The translations under genes were made by a program, and so were the position numbers. 64,000 bases of DNA. Source: Longimicrobiales bacterium. Lineage in GTDB: Bacteria > Gemmatimonadota > Gemmatimonadetes > Longimicrobiales > Gaopeijiaceae. How positions within the stretch are numbered: the first letter of the stretch is position 1; each line of letters starts with the position of its first letter. The notes beneath the pieces were generated by a model, which did no database searches, was not told where the DNA came from, and was given only the letters and a program-made list of their open reading frames with translations. Positions 19,844 through 30,658 of this stretch are shown here, piece after piece. The DNA lies in NCBI GenBank assembly GCA_965198065.1, contig CBDAON010000004.1, positions 2,720,001 through 2,784,000 of the forward strand, given 5' to 3'.

Positions 19844-21468
19844 GAGGGCGGGGAGTCGCGCTGACCGTGCTCGCGTTGTTCCTCGCGGTCGCACCGGCCT
19901 CGTCCGCTCAGGGAGTCCAGGACCCGGTGGTGGTGGCGTCCAAGCCATTCGGCGAATCGTACTTTCTGGCCGAGTTGTTCGCGCAGCTCCTGGAGTCGCG
20001 GGGAATCTCCGTGGAGCGGCTTCCGGGGTTGGGTGCCACGGAAATCGCCTTCGAGGCCCTCCGCACGAACGCGATCGACGTCTATCCCGAATACACCGGC
20101 ACCGGCCTGCTGGCGATCCTACAGGATTCGCTCACGGCGGAGATGAGGGGCGACCCGCGCGCAACGTTCGCGCATGTGATGCGCGAATCCGCGGAGCGGT
20201 TTGGCGTCCGCTGGCTCCCTCCGCTGGGCTTCCAGAACGGCTACGCGATCGCCGTTCGGACGGAGACCGCCACCAGGCTCGGCCTCGGCACGCTGTCCGA
20301 CCTCGTGCGGAGCGCCAGCACCCTGGTGGGGGGCCTGACGTCGGACTTCCTCGGGCGTCCGGACGGCCTGCCGGGCCTCGCCCGCGAGTATGGTCTCCAG
20401 CTTCGGGAGGTGCGGCCCCTGGCGCCGGCGGTGAAATACATCGCGCTCGCCGAAGGGGCGGTGGATGTGATCGACGGGTACTCGACCGATGGCCTGCTCG
20501 CGAGATACGACCTGGTCACGCTGGAGGACGACCTCCACTTCTTCCCCCCGTACGAGGCCGGGGCCGTCGTATCGCCCCGCGTGAACGCGGACCGCCCCGA
20601 CGTAGTGTCCGTGCTCTCGCTCCTGAGCGGCCGGCTCGACGAGGGGCGGATGCGGGAGTACAACCGCCGGATCGAGGTCGATCGCGAGCCGATCCCGGCG
20701 GTCGCCGCAGCGGCGCTCCGTGACCTCGGCCTTGCACCGGCGGGGCCGGCGACCGGAGGCGCTCCCGAGTCGGCTCAGGCAAGCTCCGGACCCGATCGGC
20801 CCGAGCGTGCTGCCCCGGGGGGGCTCCTTCCGTATTTCTGGTCGCGCCGCACCGAGACGCTGCGTCTCACATCGCGCCACCTGGAGCTCGTAGCCGCCGC
20901 GCTTCTGGCTGCGGCGCTCGTCGCCGTTCCGCTCGGCGTCGGCCTCGAGCGAGCGCGCCGGAGCGCGGAGTGGGTCGTACGCGGGCTGGGCGTGCTCCAG
21001 ACCATTCCGAGCATCGCGCTCCTCGCCTTCATGATTCCCCTGCTGGGCGTCGGCGTGAGGCCCGCGCTGGTCGCATTGTGGTTGTACGCGCTCTACCCGA
21101 TCGCGCGGAACACGTACACCGGCGTGCGGGATGCGGACCCGGACGCAGTTGAGGCGTGTGAGGCGATGGGCGCCACGGCGTGGCAGCGGCTTGCGTGGGT
21201 AAGGCTCCCGCTCGCGGCACCGGTCATTCTCGCTGGAGTGCGTACCGCCGCCGTCATCACGGTCGGGGCCGCGACGTTGGCAGCGTTCATCGGTGCCGGT
21301 GGGCTCGGCGAACCCATCTTGACCGGGCTTGCCCTCGCCGACTCGCGGCTGGTGTTGTCGGGCGCCATCCCGGCCGCCTTGCTCGCGATCTGCGTCGACG
21401 GCCTGTTGGCGCTCGTGGAGCGTACGGTGACGCCGGCGCATCTACGGGGCGCCGCGGCGCCTGACTGA
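19840..21468 (+). CDS. Glycine betaine/choline-type ABC substrate-binding protein fused to permease
   Basis: ASKPFGE, YPEYTGT, YSTDG, FFPPY then QTIPSIALL...GAGGLG; overlaps the ATPase stop (ATGA). Confidence 0.9.
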   Translation: MRGRGVALTVLALFLAVAPASSAQGVQDPVVVASKPFGESYFLAELFAQLLESRGISVERLPGLGATEIAFEALRTNAIDVYPEYTGTGLLAILQDSLTAEMRGDPRATFAHVMRESAERFGVRWLPPLGFQNGYAIAVRTETATRLGLGTLSDLVRSASTLVGGLTSDFLGRPDGLPGLAREYGLQLREVRPLAPAVKYIALAEGAVDVIDGYSTDGLLARYDLVTLEDDLHFFPPYEAGAVVSPRVNADRPDVVSVLSLLSGRLDEGRMREYNRRIEVDREPIPAVAAAALRDLGLAPAGPATGGAPESAQASSGPDRPERAAPGGLLPYFWSRRTETLRLTSRHLELVAAALLAAALVAVPLGVGLERARRSAEWVVRGLGVLQTIPSIALLAFMIPLLGVGVRPALVALWLYALYPIARNTYTGVRDADPDAVEACEAMGATAWQRLAWVRLPLAAPVILAGVRTAAVITVGAATLAAFIGAGGLGEPILTGLALADSRLVLSGAIPAALLAICVDGLLALVERTVTPAHLRGAAAPD

Positions 21469-21532
21469 TGCGGGCGACCCGGGGGACGTGCGCCTCGGAG
21501 TGTGAGGTTTCCTCCCGACACCGGATTCCCGC

Positions 21533-22843
21533 ATGACGGCGACGCTCTCGTATTACTTGATCGCTGGGCTCTTCACGCTATCGTCGGCGCTGATCTGGGG
21601 CGTGAACACGCTCTTTCTTCTCGACGCGGGCCTCGACATCCTGGGCGTTTTCCTGGCGAATGCAGCCTTCACTGCGGGGATGGTTGTCTTCGAGGTGCCC
21701 ACCGGCGTCTTCGCTGACACGACGGGCCGGCGCGCCAGCTTCCTGCTGAGCGTTGCCGTCCTCGCCGTGACGACCACGGCCTATGTCATCGCAGCACGGA
21801 CCGGCGGCGGACTGGTCGCTTTCGCGTTCATCTCCGTATTCATGGGGCTCGGGTTCACGTTCTACTCGGGTGCCGTGGAGGCCTGGCTGGTAGATGCTCT
21901 CGAGCATGCGGGCTTCGAGGGTCAACTCGACCGCGTATTTGCTCGAGGCTCGATGGTCTCGGGCGGAGCGATGTTGGTCGGCACGATGGCCGGCGGCTTC
22001 CTGGGTGACATCGATCTGGCGCTTCCCTACGTCGTGCGTGCTCTCATGCTCGTCGCGGTCTTCATCGTCGCGTGGCTGACGATGCACGATCTCGGCTTCA
22101 CGCCGCGGACCCTGCGTTGGAACGTGATCCCCCGTGAAATGGAGAGGGTCGCGGCCGAATCGGTGCGCTACGGCTGGGACCAGCGGCCCGTGCGGCTTCT
22201 CACGTTCGTCTCATTTCTCCAATTCGGATTCATGAGCTGGGGCTTCTACGCGTGGCAGCCGTACTTCCTGGAGCTGCTGGGCCGCGACGCCGTGTGGGTT
22301 GCGGGCGCGGCCGCCTCGGCGATCGCCGGGGCAATGATCCTCGGAAACGCAATCGTCGACCGGCTGTCTCGGTTCTGCGGGCGCCGTACGACCTTGCTCC
22401 TATGGGCTGCGGGCGCGCAAAGCGCGGCGGCCGTGGCCGTCGGGTTCACCGACGACTTCTGGACTGCCCTCGCGGCGATGGTGGTCCTCGCGACGGCCAT
22501 CGGGGTGACGGGTCCGGTCAAGCAGGCGTACCTCCACGCAAGCGTGCCCTCGGCTCAACGGGCGACCGTGATCTCCTTCGACTCCATGTTGGGCAATGGC
22601 GGGGGCGTCGCTGGCCAGACGGGGCTGGGGTGGCTCTCCCGGGCCCAGTCTATCGAGCAAGGGTACGTGGTAGGTGGTGTGGCGACCGTGTTGGCCGTGC
22701 CCCTCTACTGGGGCGTGCGTGCGGCGGGAGCTGCGGCGGACGTCATCGTGGGCGACCGGGCCGGCGTGGCCGCCCCGTGCGCGGCTCAGGGGATCCCGGA
22801 GATCGCTGGCGTCGACGCCAGGCCGCGCATCGGGGTCGAGTAG
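21533..22843 (+). CDS. MFS transporter
   Basis: About 12 TM segments; FEVPTGVFADTTGRR, SGAVEAW. Confidence 0.88.
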   Translation: MTATLSYYLIAGLFTLSSALIWGVNTLFLLDAGLDILGVFLANAAFTAGMVVFEVPTGVFADTTGRRASFLLSVAVLAVTTTAYVIAARTGGGLVAFAFISVFMGLGFTFYSGAVEAWLVDALEHAGFEGQLDRVFARGSMVSGGAMLVGTMAGGFLGDIDLALPYVVRALMLVAVFIVAWLTMHDLGFTPRTLRWNVIPREMERVAAESVRYGWDQRPVRLLTFVSFLQFGFMSWGFYAWQPYFLELLGRDAVWVAGAAASAIAGAMILGNAIVDRLSRFCGRRTTLLLWAAGAQSAAAVAVGFTDDFWTALAAMVVLATAIGVTGPVKQAYLHASVPSAQRATVISFDSMLGNGGGVAGQTGLGWLSRAQSIEQGYVVGGVATVLAVPLYWGVRAAGAAADVIVGDRAGVAAPCAAQGIPEIAGVDARPRIGVE

Positions 22844-22940
22844 CCCTCGAGCGCGGGAGCCAGCGACCTCCGCCAAGAGGGTGCTAGTGGGCGTAAGCCG
22901 GCCGCGTCTACGTCGCCCGGGAGCCGCTCTCCTCCCGCCG

Positions 22941-23642
22941 TCAGGGGTTCTCGGGGATGCGCGTGGCCGAGTGGCTACGCCCGAACCACCAGCCCAACGC
23001 CGTGATACCGCTGCCGAGCGAAAGCGGTAACGGGTAGTGTAGAGCGTCGGCCAAACCTTGGCCGAGCCGCTCGAGGACGATCGGGTCGCGAAGGGCCATC
23101 TCGCCCGCGACGTACCCGAGGATGCCTCCGCCGAGCCAGACGAGCCACACGAAGCGGTTCATCAGCGTTGCCAGGACGCCGCTTCCCCAGATGACGAGGG
23201 GGAGCGAGAGCCCGATGCCGAACGCCACCAGGAGGAGGTCACCCTGCGCGGCTGCCGCGATGGCCAGGACGTTGTCGAGACTCATGATCACGTCGGCCAC
23301 GATGATGATCCGGATCGCCTCGAGGAGGGTCGTCCCCCGGGGAACGTGGCTCTCTACCCCCGTCTCCTGCCGCACCAGCTTCAGCGCGATCCAGACGAGG
23401 AGCAGGCCGCCGGCCAGTTGGAGAAGCGGGATCCGGAGCAGAAACGTGATGATCGTGATGAAGAGCAGCCGTAGCGCCACGGCACCGCCGGCCCCCCCTA
23501 CGCGTCCCCAAAAGCGCTCGCGGGGGCCCAGCGTTCGAATGGCCAGCGCAATGACAAGAGCGTTGTCGCCCGCGAGCGTGAGATCGATGATGACGATCGA
23601 TACCCAGCGCGCCCAGAACTCGGGATCACTCAGGAAGCTCAT
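22941..23642 (-). CDS. TerC family membrane protein (YjbE-like)
   Basis: IDLTLAGDNALVIALA; ADVIMSLDNVLAIA. Confidence 0.9.
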   Translation of the reverse strand: MSFLSDPEFWARWVSIVIIDLTLAGDNALVIALAIRTLGPRERFWGRVGGAGGAVALRLLFITIITFLLRIPLLQLAGGLLLVWIALKLVRQETGVESHVPRGTTLLEAIRIIIVADVIMSLDNVLAIAAAAQGDLLLVAFGIGLSLPLVIWGSGVLATLMNRFVWLVWLGGGILGYVAGEMALRDPIVLERLGQGLADALHYPLPLSLGSGITALGWWFGRSHSATRIPENP

Positions 23643-24571
23643 GCGGGGGCCCGGCGGCTCACCAACACAGGAAGCTTGGATCCGCGGATGAGCTTGTCGG
23701 CCACGCTGCCGACGAAAAACCGGACGACACCTCCCCGGCCCGCGGTCGAGAGCGCGATCAGGTCTGCGTCCGAGCTCTCACATGCGTCGACGAGGGCCCG
23801 CGCGACGTCCGGACCCTCGAGGAGCCGCGCCTGGACGCCCCGGACTCCGCGGGATTCGAGCTGCTTCTTAGCGGTCTCGAGATAGGACTCGATCCCCTCC
23901 CTCTCTCCTGCTAGGCGGGCCATTTCCGAGGCTGCGTCAGGCCGATGTACCGAGAACGACTTCCCGGATCCGTCGAGGACGGAGGTCAGCGTGACCCGGC
24001 TTCCTGAGGGGGAGACAAGATCGCCCAGAACGTCGAGGACCGAGTCAGCGGCCTTCGATCCGTCGAGCGGGACCCAGATATGTTCGGGCGAGCTCTCGTG
24101 GGCGAAGAGGCGCTCCGTATCCCCATCCCCTCGCAGGAGGAGCAGAGGGACGGGGGAGCTTCGGATCAGCTGATCGGCGATGCTGCCGAGCCAGATCCGC
24201 TCGAAGGCGCCCCGGCCATGCGTGGTCAGGACGATGAGATCGGCGTGGACCTCTCGGGCGATGTCCAGGATCGTGCGGGTAGCGCGGCCTACGGCCACGC
24301 GCACGTGCGTGTCGATCAGCACTGCGCCCCCCAGAGACGCCAGACGTTCTCGGACTTCTTCTAGGTACGTCCGAACCGTCGTCTCCCCCTCGACGAGCCA
24401 ACGGCTTCCCGTCCAACCATATCGGTCGCCGAGGCCATCCGGGGGGGGCGGCTCCGCTACCACGGACACCAGATGGAGTCGAGCCTCGTGCCTCCTGGCG
24501 AGTCGCAGCGCAGGCTCGAGCCCTTTCTCCGCCAACTCCGAGCCGTCGAGGGGAACCAGTATGGACTTCAT
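23639..24571 (-). CDS. Universal stress protein (tandem USP domains)
   Basis: ILVPLDGS twice; THGRG..LGSIAD and AGRGG..VGSVAD. Confidence 0.92.
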   Translation of the reverse strand: MKSILVPLDGSELAEKGLEPALRLARRHEARLHLVSVVAEPPPPDGLGDRYGWTGSRWLVEGETTVRTYLEEVRERLASLGGAVLIDTHVRVAVGRATRTILDIAREVHADLIVLTTHGRGAFERIWLGSIADQLIRSSPVPLLLLRGDGDTERLFAHESSPEHIWVPLDGSKAADSVLDVLGDLVSPSGSRVTLTSVLDGSGKSFSVHRPDAASEMARLAGEREGIESYLETAKKQLESRGVRGVQARLLEGPDVARALVDACESSDADLIALSTAGRGGVVRFFVGSVADKLIRGSKLPVLVSRRAPA

Positions 24572-25017
24572 CGATCACTTTCCGTCGAGAGCGTTTCGAG
24601 TGCTAGTCAGGAGCTTGAGAAGCCACTCCGGGCGGCGCCTCTGTCAAGGCGAAGGGGGCCGCCGCATGCCGCCCTTAGCTTCCCGTGCAGGATGCCGCGG
24701 CCCGGATCTGAGAACCGTTACTCCCCCATCCATGATGCTGTGTTCGTGTTCGTTCAGCCAACCTACACTGGGGCACTTGTTGGCGGTTGGTGAGGTCCAT
24801 TCCGTGCCGAAACGCCCGTGGCGGGCGCATCCCTCGTTCGGGGAGCCACCGCCTCCGAGAACCCCCGTGCCAACGTATCCCCGAACGGTGGTGGGCTCGC
24901 GCCGTTTCTGGCGGGCGGCGGTGGTTGCCTGACCACGCCGGCGCTAATAGCATCAGGGTCGTCAAACGCAACGGGTAGTAGTGTGTCTGCAGTGAGGGCT
25001 CCAGTCGGGAGGATCTT

Positions 25018-25932
25018 GTGAGACAGGCCGGAATCGCCTGCATCGGTGTGATCTTGGTCGGTTTGGCGGCCTTTCGCCTCAGCGTGCAGCCCGAAGCTGT
25101 GCCGTTCGTGACGGAGATCCCGGTTGTGGTCGCCGGCGCGACCTCGGTGGCTCCGCCCGAGCCGGCGCTGGGCCCGGTTCCGCCCGAGGACCGGGAGGTG
25201 CCGGAGGTCAGCGCCGTGGAGCGCCCGGAGGAGGGCTCGCAGCCAAGAAGGTTTCGGCGGCGCAGCCGCAACATCTATCCCGGGCCCATTCCCACGCCAG
25301 AGAACTGGGAGCCGCCGGAGGGGCCGGTGCGCGTCGCGCTCCAGGCGGGCCACTGGAGGGCCGATGAGGCGCCGGACGAGCTCAGAGGCCTGCGGAACAA
25401 TGGCACGGCCGCACGCGGAAAGGCGGAGTGGGAAGTGAACCTTGAGATCGCCCGTCGCGCCGCCGCGATGCTGGAGCTGATGGGCTATGAGGTCGATATC
25501 CTTCCGGCGGTCGTACCTCCTAGCTACCGGGCCCACCTCTTCATCTCCATCCACGCCGACGGAAGCAATGATCCGAGCGCGTCGGGGTACCGCGTGGCGT
25601 CGCCGCGCCGCGACGCGACCGGACGCGCCTCCCAGATGGCCGATCTCCTCGAGGGGAGCTACGGGGAGGCCACGGGCCTGCGAAGGCTTCCCCGTGTGAC
25701 CCGCCGGATGGAGAACTACTACGCGTTCAACTTCCGGAGATACGAGCACGCGCTGCACCCGATGACCATCGGGGTCATCCTGGAGACGGGCTTCCTCACG
25801 AGCGCCTCCGACTGGGACGTGATCGTGAACGATCCTGACCGCGCGGCCCGCGGCATCGTCGCGGCGGTGACGGCTTTCCCGGTGACGCCGCCGCCCGCGG
25901 GGGTCCTGGCCGCCGCCCTCGAGATGGATTGA
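25018..25932 (+). CDS. N-acetylmuramoyl-L-alanine amidase (Amidase_3)
   Basis: LQAGH, AEWEVNL, FISIHAD, ILETGFLT. Confidence 0.85.
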   Translation: MRQAGIACIGVILVGLAAFRLSVQPEAVPFVTEIPVVVAGATSVAPPEPALGPVPPEDREVPEVSAVERPEEGSQPRRFRRRSRNIYPGPIPTPENWEPPEGPVRVALQAGHWRADEAPDELRGLRNNGTAARGKAEWEVNLEIARRAAAMLELMGYEVDILPAVVPPSYRAHLFISIHADGSNDPSASGYRVASPRRDATGRASQMADLLEGSYGEATGLRRLPRVTRRMENYYAFNFRRYEHALHPMTIGVILETGFLTSASDWDVIVNDPDRAARGIVAAVTAFPVTPPPAGVLAAALEMD

Positions 25933-26216
25933 TCCGCACCGAAGCCTGACGAGTTGACGCCCCGGGGGGCAAGAGCAGGCTTAGGAAAGGAGCTCGAGGA
26001 CGGCCGGCGGAAGATCGGCCGCTCGTGACTTGGCTCATGGGCCTAGTCGGGCTCGATCCGATCGATGGACTCGCCGTGGAGAACTGGCTCCGCTGACCTC
26101 CGCAGGCCTCCGACGAAGCGCCCCACCTAGCCGACGCATCCCTGCTGGACAGATCGCGAACCGGGCCGAAGTATGTTCCGTTCGGGGTGTTCGGCGCGTG
26201 CGCCAGGTAGTAGCAC

Positions 26217-27626
26217 TCAGGTGGGGAGCCTTTGATATGTCGGTTTCTGGCTGAAACACGCCCGCACGGTCTTCCCCACGTTCAGCGTGATCGCGAGCTG
26301 CGCGCTCGAGCCGAGTGAGCTGCCCGAGGGATCTGACCAGCCGTAAAAGTTCGAGTCGCTCCCTGCCGTGGCGGTGAGGGTGACCTCGCTTCCGCCGGCG
26401 AAATCGGCCGAGCAGACGCTCCCGCTGACGCAGTCGAGCCCCGCCGGATCGCTCGTTACCTGGCCGCCCCCGGCTCCGAAGAACTGGACGTCCAGGGTCT
26501 GGGGGGGGACGGCCTCGCAGGCGAGATTCCGGCTGGAGGTGTGGAGGATGCCTCCGCCCGAGGACCCGATCCCCATCCCGTAGTGAAGCTCGGCGGAGCC
26601 CGCTTGCGAGCACGTGTAGCTGGGGGAGCCCCCCCACTGCCTGCCTGGGCTCACCTCCGCGAGCGTGAAGTCGCCCTGGAAGCCCGGAACCAGGTTCACA
26701 GAGCTCCGGTCCCGGAAGAAGGCGCTCTGGCCAGAAAGGATCGAGCCCAGGTCGCTCTGGACGGACAAGCTCGTAGTGAGGTTGAGCTGAACGCCCACGT
26801 GGAGGGGCGCGGGGGGCGGCGTCACGTCGAAGGTGAGGCCGCCGTCCAGAGCGGACATCGTGGAGAAGCGCGTGAGCGTCCCCTCGATCGTGAGGGCGCC
26901 CGTGACGGGCTCGATGTCGATCGTCTGCTCGTCCAGCTGGGCCGTTTCGGACCCGCTGGTGAGGAGGAGGAGCCCCGTCTGATAGGCACCGGCACCCACA
27001 TCCAACCTTGATCCGGGCTCGAAGGTCACCTGCACCGGCTGGGCGAATTCAGTGCCGTCGGGCCCCAGGTCGAAGGCGCGACTGATCCCGACCGCATCGC
27101 GAAGAGTGCCTAGCTCTCCGGTCAACCCCGACGCATCTACCGAGCTAAGCGTGACGTCCAGGTCGGAGCTCACCGCTCCAGCCGGGAAGACCAGGCGGAG
27201 GGAGCCATCGGCAGAGGAGATCGTGCCACCCGCGGACCCCACCGTCTGCGTCGTCACTGTCGGGTCGTCGAACGCTGCAGTGACGCTTGCGTCGGCGTTC
27301 AGCGTCAGCGAACAGGACCCGGAGCCGGTGCACGCCCCGGACCACCCCGCAAACGCGTCGTCGGTGCTGGCGGGCGCCGCGGCCAGCGTGACGCTCGTGC
27401 CCTCCTCGAAGTCGGCCGTGCAGGGGTCGCTCCCCGTCGTGCAAACGATCCCAGCCGGCGAGCTCGTTACCGTGCCCGAGCCGTCCCCTGTGACGTTGAC
27501 TGTGAGGGTGAACTCCCCGGGCGGCTCCGCCGGGCTACCGCTGTCGCTCGAACAGCTGGCGCTCAACAGCAGGACCGCAAGGAGGGGAGCGAGGGAGGCG
27601 ACGGGACGGAGTCGGATCGATCGCAT
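26217..27626 (-). CDS. Lipoprotein with InlB B-repeat-like and ZU5-like domains
   Basis: Lipobox LSASC; two G.G.VTS.PAG..C...VTL.A...F.GW repeats flanking GGTI..L.FPAGA...GPDGTEF. Confidence 0.7.
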   Translation of the reverse strand: MRSIRLRPVASLAPLLAVLLLSASCSSDSGSPAEPPGEFTLTVNVTGDGSGTVTSSPAGIVCTTGSDPCTADFEEGTSVTLAAAPASTDDAFAGWSGACTGSGSCSLTLNADASVTAAFDDPTVTTQTVGSAGGTISSADGSLRLVFPAGAVSSDLDVTLSSVDASGLTGELGTLRDAVGISRAFDLGPDGTEFAQPVQVTFEPGSRLDVGAGAYQTGLLLLTSGSETAQLDEQTIDIEPVTGALTIEGTLTRFSTMSALDGGLTFDVTPPPAPLHVGVQLNLTTSLSVQSDLGSILSGQSAFFRDRSSVNLVPGFQGDFTLAEVSPGRQWGGSPSYTCSQAGSAELHYGMGIGSSGGGILHTSSRNLACEAVPPQTLDVQFFGAGGGQVTSDPAGLDCVSGSVCSADFAGGSEVTLTATAGSDSNFYGWSDPSGSSLGSSAQLAITLNVGKTVRACFSQKPTYQRLPT

Positions 27627-27847
27627 TGGGGCTTTCCGTCGAGCGACTGGAACGAGTGTCCTGCGACGCCGGAGTCCTGGTCGTCGGCCGTCGTCATTAG
27701 CGCGCCGGCAATATTGCACCATCCCCCCCCCTCACCGTCAGGAGTCGCTCGGATCTTCTGCGGCGCCTGTTTGAGATCGGGAATGCGATCCGCCACTTCC
27801 TCGGTCCGGCCGAACGGCGAGGGCGTCGATCACCCCGTTCGTTTCCA

Positions 27848-28613
27848 TCACTCGGTCGCGGGAGCGGGCCCCGCGAGAGACGGCAGCAGGACGCCGGCGG
27901 GGCCTTCGAGCTGGACGTCGACGCGGTCGCTCATGCGGGTGCGCGACGGGTTCACTTCGACCAGGAGGGCGCCGCCCCGCCGCGCGGCGTGAGCCCACCG
28001 GGCGATGTAGTCGAAGCTGACTTCGGTGCCCACAAGCAGCGTTAGGTCGCACGGCCGGTCGAGGAAGGCCTCGATCTCGGCGATGGGGTCGGCTGGCAGC
28101 GCCTCGTCGAACCAGACGACGCCGGGCCTCAGCAGAGCGCCGCACTTGCAACGGGGCGGCAGGGAGGGCAAGGGGTGCGCGCGTTCCTCGCGCTCGATCC
28201 CGCAGCCCTCGCATCGCACGGCCCAGATCGAGCCGTGGACGTGGGCGACTCGCCGGCTGCCGGCCCGCTCGTGGAGGTCGTCCACGTTCTGCGTGGCCAC
28301 GAGGACGTCCTTCCCGGCGTCCTCCCAGGCGGCTATGGCTTGGTGCGCACGGTTCGGGGCGGCGTCGCGGACCAGCCCTCGCCGGTCCTGGTACCACTCC
28401 CACACGAGGGTCGGGTCGCTGTCGAACGCCGTACGGGTGGCCAGCCTCTCCGGGTCCAGCCTACGCCACCAGCCGTCCTGCCCCCGGAACGGGGATTCCG
28501 GACTCCGCGCTCACGCCGGCCCCTGTCAGCACCAGGATCCGCCGTGCGGCCTCGAGGCTCTCGGAAACGCGCGCGGCGTCTGCGGACGGGCTGTCACTCA
28601 CGGGTCCGGCCAT
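27848..28613 (-). pseudogene. cobB: NAD-dependent deacylase (sirtuin), frameshift near 28490
   Basis: LTGAGVSAESGIP upstream; TQNVDDLHERAG, HVHGS, RPGVVWF in ORF 27848-28405. Confidence 0.8.
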
Positions 28614-28708
28614 GGGCTCGCCCCATGGCGTCAGCCGACTCGATTTCCGGTGAAGTCACTCGGTGGGAGGACCGTCGGGGTCACCTCCCGTCCGCTCCGC
28701 CCGAGTCT

Positions 28709-29185
28709 CTAGGGGGCTGAATCGGTGGGGTCGTCCGGGGCGTCCCCGTCCGAGGCGTCCCCGTCCGTTTCGTCACGCGAAGGACGCAGTTGATCGCTCA
28801 CCACGGAATAGTTCATCGCAGGGTTGTTCTCGAGGGTGAGATTGAGCTGATCGCCGACGTCCAGATAGAACTGGTCGGACACGTATCCGGCTTGAGGCCC
28901 GATCGGGTTGGAGACGAGGTGGACCGCCGCAATCGATTCCACGAACGTAGGCGGCAACTCAAAGCGCCTCTCGGAGACACCCGGTGTCAACCCGAGTGAC
29001 CGGCGGATTCCAGATTGCACGGCGTAGATGTGCGCGTCGTAGAACGCATGGTTGCGCACCACCACGGTAATAGTGTGACTCTGGTCCTGTGCGTGACCGG
29101 CAACCGGGACGACCCCCGGGACGACCGCCCCCAGGCCGAGGATCGTGAGCCAACGCGTCCTCCAGATGGGTAGCTTCCCGAACAT
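28709..29185 (-). CDS. Hypothetical secreted protein
   Basis: Signal-like N-terminus, upstream GGAGG, small beta domain (VVVRNH..YD..IY). Confidence 0.55.
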   Translation of the reverse strand: MFGKLPIWRTRWLTILGLGAVVPGVVPVAGHAQDQSHTITVVVRNHAFYDAHIYAVQSGIRRSLGLTPGVSERRFELPPTFVESIAAVHLVSNPIGPQAGYVSDQFYLDVGDQLNLTLENNPAMNYSVVSDQLRPSRDETDGDASDGDAPDDPTDSAP

Positions 29186-29517
29186 TGCCACCTCCATGGC
29201 CGATCGTAGCGGACAACCCGATAAACGCTCTAATCTTCGAACACTGCGGCTCCAAAAAACGTTCCCGGGCCCGCCCAACTCCCTTCGTCGAGAGAAACGA
29301 CTCGTAACTCGCGTTTCCCACTTCGCTCAGGGTTGCGGCCAGGCTCGCGCGGTTCCAGTTGTCACCGGCCAGGGCCAGGTCCGTGTACAGCCCCCGGAGC
29401 GCCTCGTCCCTCCACACGTTCTCGGGCGTCGGGTGCGTGTGGTGAGAGCGGGCACGAGCTTGCTCCACACACCAGTAGCGTCGAGTGCTGTAACTTCCGC
29501 GTGAGGCATCGTATCAG

Positions 29518-29600
29518 ATGGGACGTACCAACATCGGGCCTGACGACGCGCTCGGTGGTGGTCGTCTACTCCAGTACTTGGATAGATTTCTTCAGGGGCG
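29518..29600 (+). pseudogene. Collapsed vapBC toxin-antitoxin remnant
   Basis: MGRTNIGPDDAL (VapB-like start) immediately followed by VVVYSSTWIDFFRG (PIN-domain start) in another frame. Confidence 0.5.
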
Positions 29601-29640
29601 TCCACTTCTGGCGCCTCCGCCGGCTCGCCTGGAGGAGGGG

Positions 29641-30504
29641 ATGGACGGTCATCGTGAGGGTCCGGATCTCCGGCCCGCGACGTCGAGCAGTTGGCTTCCC
29701 TGGATCCTCGGGGTGGTGGGGGCCGTCTGGGTCGCTTCGCTCCTTACGGGCGGCGCGGAGCGTTCGTCCCCGGATGGTGGTGAGCCTCCACTCGCCAGCG
29801 GTGGCGAGCGCCCGATCGAAGAGGAGGTTGGCTTCGATCCGTGCGTGTCGCCTCTCGGATGGCAAATCGGGTCGTTGGACTCCCGGTTCGACCTCCCTGC
29901 CGAGGAGCTCCGGGGAGCCGTCGAGCGGGCGGTGCTCGTGTGGGAGTCTTCCACGGGACGGCTCATCTTTCGGCACGACTCCCTTCAAGGGATGCCCATC
30001 AACCTGAGGTACGACGCCAGGCAGGCGAGGCTGGAAGCGCTGGAGCGCCGAGCCCGCGAGCTCGACGAGCTGGGGGCGCAGATCGAGGAGCTGCGGGCCG
30101 AGTACGACCGGACCGACAACGCAGACTTGGCGGAGCGGGTGAACCGGATGGCGGACGAATACAACGCCATGGCGGACTCGCTTACCCGTTCGCGGTCCAT
30201 ACGGATCGACGCGGGACAGTTCCGGGAAAACATCGTTTACCGGGGCCGACCGATCCGCACGGATCCCCAGCTCACCGTATACCAGTTCGGGAGCATCGAT
30301 GAGCTCGTGTGGATTTTGGCGCACGAGCTCGGCCACGCCATTGGACTGGAGCACGTGGACGAGCCGGCGGCCGTGATGCACGACGGATATCGGTCCGGGG
30401 TCAGCGTCGAGGCCCTGCACCCCGTGGATCTCGCTGCCTTCGACGAGCTCTGCGAGTCGCGCGAGGCTGGCTCGAACATTGGTCCCACGGGCGCGGTCCG
30501 TTGA
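29641..30504 (+). CDS. Matrixin-family (M10-like) zinc metalloprotease
   Basis: HELGHAIGLEH plus Met-turn AVM; RBS GGAGGAGG at 29631; TM anchor and coiled coil. Confidence 0.8.
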   Translation: MDGHREGPDLRPATSSSWLPWILGVVGAVWVASLLTGGAERSSPDGGEPPLASGGERPIEEEVGFDPCVSPLGWQIGSLDSRFDLPAEELRGAVERAVLVWESSTGRLIFRHDSLQGMPINLRYDARQARLEALERRARELDELGAQIEELRAEYDRTDNADLAERVNRMADEYNAMADSLTRSRSIRIDAGQFRENIVYRGRPIRTDPQLTVYQFGSIDELVWILAHELGHAIGLEHVDEPAAVMHDGYRSGVSVEALHPVDLAAFDELCESREAGSNIGPTGAVR

Positions 30505-30587
30505 GCGACCTCCTCGACGAGCAGGGAACACTGGGGAGCTAGCGCCTAACGACTGGGCGCTGAGGGAGCGCTCCAGACTGTCGTGGC

Positions 30588-30628
30588 TTGACACGGTGTG
30601 GATGGGTGTCATATGATACCTATGACAC
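30588..30628 (+). promoter_or_regulatory. Sigma70 promoter overlapped by a GntR/YtrA-type operator
   Basis: TTGACA 30588-30593, TATGAT 30612-30617; inverted repeat GTGTCATA-N7-TATGACAC at 30606-30628. Confidence 0.75.
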
Positions 30629-30658
30629 TATGCCAAACATCCCGTCAGGCTGCGCCCG

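Noticed and set aside
24575..25010. yybP-ykoY riboswitch upstream of the USP-TerC operon
   Set aside because: Could not identify the consensus by eye; needs an Rfam scan
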